From Polyangiales bacterium (GTDB taxonomy: Bacteria; Myxococcota_A; Polyangia; Polyangiales; Houyiibacteriaceae): a DNA stretch of 64,000 nucleotides. The position numbers and the translations under genes were made by a program. A model generated the notes under the pieces. That model did no database searches, was not told where the DNA came from, and worked only from the letters and a program-made list of their open reading frames with translations. The DNA is taken from contig JBGCFM010000100.1 of the NCBI GenBank assembly GCA_045106895.1, forward strand, positions 42,852-106,851, in the 5' to 3' direction. Shown one piece after another: positions 57,497 through 64,000 of the stretch (positions within the stretch are counted from its first letter, which is position 1; the number at the start of each line of letters is the position of its first letter).

Positions 57497-57831
57497 ACTT
57501 CGCGGGCCTTCTCGTGGCAAGCGTGCTGCTCCTGGGCACATGCGGGACATCCTCCGCCGCCGGGATCCATGCGCGCATGGCTTACTCCGAAGAACGAGGC
57601 CTTCGCGTCGTGGACGTGCCACCGGGCCCGTCGGCGGATCAAGGCCTCGCTGTCGGCGACCGAATCATCGCCATCGATGGCGAAACCGTGCACGGACTTG
57701 TCCTCCAAGAAATCGTTGAGCGACTCCGCGGGAGACCGGGGAGCTTCGTCGAGATCGACGTCGCGCGGGATGGCGAGGTGCACAACCTGCGCGTCGAACG
57801 AAAACGCTACGCACGTGAAACCGGCACGTAG
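57493..57831 (+). CDS. Small secreted PDZ-domain protein
   Basis: GIHA...VVDVPPGPSADQGLAVGDRIIAIDG...RLRGRPGS.VEI PDZ pattern; ATGA overlap with the vWA gene. Confidence 0.8.
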   Translation: MNFAGLLVASVLLLGTCGTSSAAGIHARMAYSEERGLRVVDVPPGPSADQGLAVGDRIIAIDGETVHGLVLQEIVERLRGRPGSFVEIDVARDGEVHNLRVERKRYARETGT

Positions 57832-57840
57832 CGCCCCCAC

Positions 57841-60800
57841 TCACATATTGCGTCGGTACTGACCGCCCACGCCGTAGAGCGCCCCGCTGATCTGGCCAAG
57901 GGAGCAGACTTTGCCGGCCTCCATGAGGCTCTCAAAGAGGTTGCCGTGCTCGGTGGCGACGCGCCGTAGCTCCTCGAGAGCCTTGCCGCTGTGGTCGGCG
58001 TTGCGTGCATGGAACGCGTTGCGTGCATCGATGGCGTAGTCGCGTTCTTCCTTGGTGGAGCGAATCACCTCGCTTGGAATGATCGTGGGCGAGCCCTTCG
58101 GATCCAGGAATGTGTTCACGCCAATGATAGGAAGCTCGCCTGTGTGCTTGAGGCCTTCGTAGTAGAGCGACTCTTCCTGGATGCGGGTGCGCTGATACAT
58201 GCGCTCCATGGCGCCGAGCACGCCGCCGCGCTCGTTGATGCGCCGGAACTCTTCGAGCACGGCGGCTTCGACAAGGTCCGTCAGCTCGTCGATCACGAAG
58301 GAGCCCTGCATGGGGTTTTCGTTCGAGGAGAGTCCCAGCTCTTTGTTGATGATGAGCTGGATCGCCAGCGCTCGCCGGACGCTCTCTTCCGTCGGCGTCG
58401 TGATGGCTTCATCGTAAGCGTTCGTGTGAAGAGAGTTGCAGTTGTCGTAGATGGCGTAGAGCGCCTGCAACGTTGTGCGAATATCGTTGAAGGCAATCTC
58501 CTGGGCGTGGAGCGAACGACCACTGGTTTGAATGTGGTACTTCAGCTTCTGTGCGCGGCTGCTTCCGCCGTATTTGTTCTTGATCGCCTTGGCCCAAATG
58601 CGGCGGGCGACACGTCCGATGACGCTGTACTCCGCGTCCGTGCCGTTGCTGAAGAAGAACGAGAAGTTCGGCGCGAAGTCATCGATGCTCATGCCTCGGG
58701 AGAGGTAGTACTCGACGAAGGTGAAGCCGTTGGCCAACGTGAAGGCAAGCTGCGTGATGGGGTTCGCGCCGGCCTCCGCGATGTGATAACCGCTGATGGA
58801 AACGGAGTAGAAGTTCCGCACCTTGTGGTCGACGAAGTACTGCTGAATATCGCCCATCATTCGCAGCGCGAACTCGGTGGAGAAGATGCACGTGTTCTGC
58901 GCTTGGTCTTCCTTGAGGATGTCCGCCTGAACGGTGCCGCGGACCGCCGTGAGCGTGTCCGCTTTGATGCGGGCGTAGGTTTCCGCGTCCAAGATCTCGT
59001 CGCCGCTCGCGCCGAGGAGCAAGAGGCCGAGGCCGTCGTTACCTTCGGGGAGCTCGCCCTGGTAGGCCGGCGCCGGGGTCCCGAGCTTCTTGAACTTCTC
59101 TTCGATAAAACGCCGGGCTTCCTCGGCGCGCCCTTCGGCGTGGAGGTGCTTTTCGCACGCTTGGTCGACGGCGGCGTTTAGGAAGAACGAGAGCAGCATC
59201 GGCGCGGGGCCGTTGATCGTCATCGAGACGCTCGTCGTCGGCGCGGCGAGGTCGAAGCCCGAGTAGAGTTTCTTGGCGTCGTCCACGGTGCACACGCTCA
59301 CGCCGGAGTTGCCGACCTTGCCGTAGATGTCAGGGCGCGGGTCCGGGTTCTCGCCATAGAGCGTCACGGAGTCGAAGGCCGTGGAGAGTCGGCGCGCCGG
59401 CAGACCGCGGCTTACGTAGTGGAAACGACGGTTCGTTCGCTCCGGACCGCCCTCTCCCGCGAACATACGTGCGGGGTCTTCGCCTTGACGCTTGAGCGGG
59501 AAGACGCCGGCGGCGAAAGGGAACGCTCCGGGTACGTTCTCCATGAGCTGCCAGCGTAGAACATCGCCCCAGTCACGGCTCTTGGGCAGCGCGACGCGCG
59601 GCACCTTCAAGTGCGAGAGCGTCTCGACCTTGAGGTCCTGAGTGAACGTCTTTCCGCGAACCTGATATGCGTATTCGTCGGCGCTATAACGCTCCACGAC
59701 GGACGGCCAATCCACGAGGAGTTTGCGACAGCCCGCGTCGAGGCGTTCACGCAGCGCGGCGTAGCGTTTTGACAACGTCACCACAACATCGTCGCCATTC
59801 GCCTCGGTGATCTCGGGGGCCACGCCGGCAAGCTCACCGCCGCCGAGTTCTGAGATGGTACCCGAGAGCTGATAGAGGCGCGTGGCGATGGCGCACTGCG
59901 CGTCGACGAACACGTTGTAGCGCTCGGACTCCTCGACAATCTCCGCGAGGTAACGGGTCCGCTCAGGTGGCACGATGGCGGGCTTCTGAGAGCGCGCGTC
60001 CGTGAGTTCAAAGGAGGTCTCGAGCTTCGCGCCGGTCTTCTTGGCGACGGTCTGGACGAGGCAGCGGTAAAGGTGGTTGGTGCCTGGATCGCTAAACTGG
60101 GACGCGATGGTGCCGAAAATCGGCAGCTCATCGTCGGTGGCCTGCCAAAGCTGATGGTTCCGTTTGTACTGTTTGCGCACGTCCCGAAGCGCGTCCAGAG
60201 AGCCACGCTTGTCGAACTTGTTGATGGCGATAACGTCGGCGAAGTCGAGCATATCGATCTTCTCAAGCTGCGTCGCCGCGCCATAGTCCGCCGTCATCAC
60301 GTAGAGCGAGGCATCGGAGTGCTCCACGATTTCGGTATCGGACTGACCGATGCCGCTGGTCTCAACGATGACCAAGTCGAAGCCCGCGGCCTGACAGATG
60401 GCCACGGCGTCGCCGACATGTTTCGAGAGCGCGAGGTTCGACTGACGTGTCGCGAGGGAGCGCATGTACACGCGTGGGTCGTCGATGGCGTTCATACGAA
60501 TGCGGTCACCGAGGAGCGCGCCGCCGCTCTTTCGTTTGCTCGGGTCAACGGAGAGAATCGCGATGCGTTTGTCGTCGAAGTCCGCCAGAAAACGGCGCAC
60601 GAGCTCGTCCACGAGGGACGACTTGCCGGCGCCGCCGGTTCCGGTGATGCCAAGAACAGGAGCGGTGTTCTCGCTCGCCTTTGCCGCCGCACGAACGCGC
60701 TCACCTTCCGCCGCGTGGTTCTCGCACAGCGTGATGAGCCTCCCCAGAGTCTGGGCGTCGGCGGTATCGATCTTGGCGATGAGCGCGTCGGCCTCTGAGG

Positions 60801-61254
60801 CTTCCACGGTGGCAAAGTCGCAACCTTGGATGACCTCATTGATCATTCCCTGAAGACCCAAGGCTCGTCCGTCATCCGGCGAGAAAATCTTCGCCACGCC
60901 GTAGGAATGAAGGTCGGCGATTTCCGCCGGCAGGATCGTTCCTCCACCGCCGCCGAAAATCCGTGCCGGCGAGCCCGCCTCTTGAAGAAGGTCGACCATG
61001 TACTTCAGGTACTCGACGTGTCCGCCTTGGTACGAGGTCATGGCGATGCCTTGCGCGTCCTCCTGGACCGCACAGTTCACGATCTCCGCCACGCTGCGAT
61101 TGTGCCCGAGGTGGATCACTTCGGCGCCGCTGGCTTGGAGGATGCGCCTCATGATGTTGATGGCCGCGTCATGCCCGTCAAAAAGGCTCGCGGACGTCAC
61201 GATTCGAATGGGGCGAGAGGCTTTGTAGGCGTCGATCTTCGGCGGCAAATTCAT
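57841..61254 (-). CDS. icmF: Fused isobutyryl-CoA mutase/MeaB GTPase
   Basis: N-terminal B12-binding FDGHD...[16 protein letters not shown]-loop, DRIRMN, NKFD, and mutase barrel [41 protein letters not shown]. Start is ATG 61254 or 61266. Confidence 0.93.
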   Translation of the reverse strand: MNLPPKIDAYKASRPIRIVTSASLFDGHDAAINIMRRILQASGAEVIHLGHNRSVAEIVNCAVQEDAQGIAMTSYQGGHVEYLKYMVDLLQEAGSPARIFGGGGGTILPAEIADLHSYGVAKIFSPDDGRALGLQGMINEVIQGCDFATVEASEADALIAKIDTADAQTLGRLITLCENHAAEGERVRAAAKASENTAPVLGITGTGGAGKSSLVDELVRRFLADFDDKRIAILSVDPSKRKSGGALLGDRIRMNAIDDPRVYMRSLATRQSNLALSKHVGDAVAICQAAGFDLVIVETSGIGQSDTEIVEHSDASLYVMTADYGAATQLEKIDMLDFADVIAINKFDKRGSLDALRDVRKQYKRNHQLWQATDDELPIFGTIASQFSDPGTNHLYRCLVQTVAKKTGAKLETSFELTDARSQKPAIVPPERTRYLAEIVEESERYNVFVDAQCAIATRLYQLSGTISELGGGELAGVAPEITEANGDDVVVTLSKRYAALRERLDAGCRKLLVDWPSVVERYSADEYAYQVRGKTFTQDLKVETLSHLKVPRVALPKSRDWGDVLRWQLMENVPGAFPFAAGVFPLKRQGEDPARMFAGEGGPERTNRRFHYVSRGLPARRLSTAFDSVTLYGENPDPRPDIYGKVGNSGVSVCTVDDAKKLYSGFDLAAPTTSVSMTINGPAPMLLSFFLNAAVDQACEKHLHAEGRAEEARRFIEEKFKKLGTPAPAYQGELPEGNDGLGLLLLGASGDEILDAETYARIKADTLTAVRGTVQADILKEDQAQNTCIFSTEFALRMMGDIQQYFVDHKVRNFYSVSISGYHIAEAGANPITQLAFTLANGFTFVEYYLSRGMSIDDFAPNFSFFFSNGTDAEYSVIGRVARRIWAKAIKNKYGGSSRAQKLKYHIQTSGRSLHAQEIAFNDIRTTLQALYAIYDNCNSLHTNAYDEAITTPTEESVRRALAIQLIINKELGLSSNENPMQGSFVIDELTDLVEAAVLEEFRRINERGGVLGAMERMYQRTRIQEESLYYEGLKHTGELPIIGVNTFLDPKGSPTIIPSEVIRSTKEERDYAIDARNAFHARNADHSGKALEELRRVATEHGNLFESLMEAGKVCSLGQISGALYGVGGQYRRNM

Positions 61255-61381
61255 CGCGGCTGGCATACCGCGCTTTTCGCGCCCGCGCCCGCGCCCTGAT
61301 GGACCGGACAGAAGGGCGATATCGCTCAAGCGCTAGGGTCCTGGCGCCGGGCGCTAGTTGCCCTGAGACGACTTCAAGGCC

Positions 61382-63013
61382 ATGACGGCACCGATGGATG
61401 TCTTCGCAGTGGTCAAGATCGCACGTCTCTTATGGATGTACGCCGCCGGTCCTCTTCTCCTGGTCGCCGCGATCGTTCTCACAATCCGGCTAAAAGGTCC
61501 GCAATTCCGTAAACTTGGCGCGGGTTTTCGAGCGCTGAGGAGTCGCGGAAAAGACGAAGGACTGACCTCTCCGGGTCTGACCACCGCCCTCGCCAGCGCC
61601 GGCCAGATCGGCGCCGCGGCGGCCGTCGGTGCGGGTACCGCCATCGCGCTGGGTGGCCCGGGGGTGATTCCATACCTCTGGATCTTCTGCCTGGTCATGG
61701 CGCCGCTCCGATACGCGGAGACCCTTTTCGCCGGTACCGACGCGCCTGGCGGCGGCGACGCGAGCGAGAGCGGCTCACTATCTCGTCGGCTGCTGCGCAT
61801 CGGTGGACGCTGGCGCTTCGCCGGAATGCTCCTGGCCCTCTGCGCACTCGTCGCGACCTTCGCCTACGGTGGCGTGATGCAGTCCATGGCCCTCGCTGAC
61901 GCGACGGAACCCCTCCTGCCCGGCAGCTCCACCGTCCTTGTCCTCGGCGCCGCTGGCGTGGGTGGACTCCTTGCGGCCCTCGGAAAGCGAACCCTCAGCA
62001 TCGCGGGTTGGCTTGGCGTGTTGGGCCTCACGGTCCTGCTCGTCGCATGCATCTGGGCCATCGGCTCCGCCCCCGGGGCGTCCTTCGCTGCCCTCGGCAG
62101 CGCCTTCGGTGCGGCTTTTGATGGCTCCCCGCGCTACGAAGCCTTCGGCGGCGCGCTCGTCGGCGAGGTAACCTTCGCCGCTCTCCTCTACCTGCTTCCA
62201 GCAACAGCGGCGCCCACCGGAATCGATGGCGCCCTTCAGTCCACGTCGACAGGCGGCGTTCGCGCGCAAGCCGCCGCTTCGCTTCTCGGACCTCTCGGCG
62301 TCGCCGTTCTCGGAACCCTCCTCTGCATGGCGATGGTGGGCACCGGCGCTTACGGCTCACAGGTCGAGACGCGCCTCCCGCTTCCCGAGGCCATGGTCCT
62401 CAAGGTCCCGGCAGCGAGCTCCGCCGAGCGTTTCGAAGAAGATCGCTGGTTCAGCGGGTACATGCGCATCCGTGCGGGCCAGGCCCGAAACCCCGCGATC
62501 ACCTACAACACCAGCCGCGGCAGCATCGAAGACTCCGTGCTCCTCTACAACGGCCGAGCGGCGGACATCGCGCTCCACGTTGATGACGGCCAGGCGTTTC
62601 GTATCCTTCGAAACACCACCGAGTCCACGCTCAGCGAGGTCGGACCGAGCAACCTCTGGCGCGTGGAGGTTCACGGGAAGATGCCGCCTCGCGGAGGTGG
62701 GCTCCTCATCGCCACCGCACAAAGCTCGGGCGGAGACCTTGCGGCTCGTATCCTTCTGGCAGCGCTTCTCGCCCTCGGCGCGGCGGCTTTCGCGCTCTTC
62801 GGTCTTGGCGCGTCCCGCTCGCTCCCCAAGTCCGTCCCGGCACCACTCCGTGCGCTCCTCTGCTTCGTGCCTCTCGCCGGCGCAACGGTGGCGCTGGTTA
62901 CGCCATTTCTCGGCCTGAGCGCCCTCGCTTCGATCGCAGCGGCGGTCTTCGCAGCCCTAGCGGCGCTCGTTTTGCTTCTCCGCAGCGCCGAGATCGCAGC
63001 TCTCGACCGCTAG
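61382..63013 (+). CDS. Degenerate alanine/glycine:cation symporter (AGCS)-like membrane protein with a soluble insertion
   Basis: TIRLKGPQFR, TAIALGGPG..YLW...YAE and GGVMQS match AGCS, but the GTGN and FSNEAG motifs are absent. Confidence 0.65.
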   Translation: MTAPMDVFAVVKIARLLWMYAAGPLLLVAAIVLTIRLKGPQFRKLGAGFRALRSRGKDEGLTSPGLTTALASAGQIGAAAAVGAGTAIALGGPGVIPYLWIFCLVMAPLRYAETLFAGTDAPGGGDASESGSLSRRLLRIGGRWRFAGMLLALCALVATFAYGGVMQSMALADATEPLLPGSSTVLVLGAAGVGGLLAALGKRTLSIAGWLGVLGLTVLLVACIWAIGSAPGASFAALGSAFGAAFDGSPRYEAFGGALVGEVTFAALLYLLPATAAPTGIDGALQSTSTGGVRAQAAASLLGPLGVAVLGTLLCMAMVGTGAYGSQVETRLPLPEAMVLKVPAASSAERFEEDRWFSGYMRIRAGQARNPAITYNTSRGSIEDSVLLYNGRAADIALHVDDGQAFRILRNTTESTLSEVGPSNLWRVEVHGKMPPRGGGLLIATAQSSGGDLAARILLAALLALGAAAFALFGLGASRSLPKSVPAPLRALLCFVPLAGATVALVTPFLGLSALASIAAAVFAALAALVLLLRSAEIAALDR

Positions 63014-63077
63014 ACGCGTGTGAATCCCCTGTCCTGCGTTTGCGGAAGCCAAATCGGACTGTTACGACCCGCCGTCT

Positions 63078-63941
63078 ATGCGAACTGTTGGAATCATCGG
63101 TGGGAGCGGCCTCTATGAGATGGAGGGGCTCGAGGACGTCAAGACCCACGAGGTAGAGACGACCTATGGTGTCCCATCCGACGCCATCGTGTCCGGGACC
63201 ATCGGCGACACCCGCCTTCTCTTCTTGCCGCGCCACGGGCGTGGTCACCGAATCCCACCGCATCAGATCAACTACCGCGCGAACATCCTCGCGTTGAAGA
63301 TGCTCGGCGCAGAGCAGCTGATCAGTGTGTCCGCCGTCGGTTCCATGAAGGAGTCCATTGCTCCCGGCGATATGGTCGTCGTCGCCCAGTTCATCGACCG
63401 TACCCGGGGCCGCTCCAGCACTTTCTTCGAAGACATCGGCGTCGTCGCCCACGTCGAGTTCGCGGAGCCCGTCGACGCCGCGCTTGCGAGCGCCCTGCAC
63501 AAGTCCGCCGAAGAGGTTGGCGTCAAGGTGCACAAGGGCGGGACCTACGTATGCATCGAAGGCCCCCAGTTTTCGACGCGCGCGGAATCGAACCTCTACC
63601 GTTCTTGGAACGTAGACGTCATCGGCATGACGAACCTTCCTGAGGCGCGACTCGCACGCGAAGCTGAGCTTCCCTACGCAACCCTCGCCCTCGCCACGGA
63701 CTACGACTGCTGGCACACGGCCCACGAGTCCGTGACGGTGGAAGCGGTGATGGCGGTCATGGCAAAGAACATTGCCGGCGCCCGAAACATCGTGCGCGCG
63801 ACGGCAGCTCGCCTGCCCGACCCCACAAAGAGCCCCGCTTCGTCAGCGATGCAACACGGCATCATGACGGCGCGCGATCGAATCTCGCCTGACGCACGGG
63901 CGAAGCTTGCGCCCCTCGTCGGTCGCTACTTGGAGAGTTGA
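63078..63941 (+). CDS. mtnP: S-methyl-5'-thioadenosine phosphorylase
   Basis: GIIGGSGLY, PRHGRGH, NYRANI, SAVGS, EGPQFSTRAES, GMTNLPEA and TDYDCW motifs. Confidence 0.93.
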   Translation: MRTVGIIGGSGLYEMEGLEDVKTHEVETTYGVPSDAIVSGTIGDTRLLFLPRHGRGHRIPPHQINYRANILALKMLGAEQLISVSAVGSMKESIAPGDMVVVAQFIDRTRGRSSTFFEDIGVVAHVEFAEPVDAALASALHKSAEEVGVKVHKGGTYVCIEGPQFSTRAESNLYRSWNVDVIGMTNLPEARLAREAELPYATLALATDYDCWHTAHESVTVEAVMAVMAKNIAGARNIVRATAARLPDPTKSPASSAMQHGIMTARDRISPDARAKLAPLVGRYLES

Positions 63942-64000
63942 ATGTCCTCGATGCTTGTTGTTGGTTCTGTTGCGTTTGACACGCTCCACAACTCCCTCGG
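63942..64000 (+). CDS. Probable PfkB-family carbohydrate/nucleoside kinase (5' fragment, runs off the window)
   Basis: MSSMLVVGSVAFDTL is a typical PfkB N-terminus, directly after the mtnP stop. Only 19 codons are visible. Confidence 0.6.
   Translation, partial: MSSMLVVGSVAFDTLHNSL

Overview
A GC-rich, gene-dense bacterial chromosomal window. It most likely comes from a Myxococcota (Polyangiales/Sandaracinaceae-like) genome; this is inferred from the many Asp-Ala-Gly-rich lipoproteins, the FHA, Ser/Thr kinase, TSP3-OmpA and vWA proteins, and a DnaK paralog. I saw no rRNA, tRNA, CRISPR array or mobile element. The main feature is a tightly coupled five-gene minus-strand sterol biosynthesis operon at 43136-51821. 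Its first gene encodes a 1022-aa protein that fuses a squalene epoxidase (N-terminal) to a squalene synthase (C-terminal). The middle segment of that protein aligns by eye with the C-terminal QW-repeat barrel of the operon's own oxidosqualene cyclase. The operon continues with an SdmB-like SDR, an SdmA-like Rieske oxygenase, a class II HMG-CoA reductase and a DCTAE oxidosqualene cyclase. Other content includes hisC, a CCA-enzyme-like HD protein lacking its polymerase head, a PPC-repeat lipoprotein caspase, sahR-ahcY, nth, boxC-boxB without boxA, an atypical DnaK, a TetR/SDR pair with a perfect operator, sbcDC, a partial aryl-polyene-type cassette, a sulfotransferase, icmF, a degenerate AGCS transporter and mtnP. 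All calls come from motif recognition by eye; no database searches were run.
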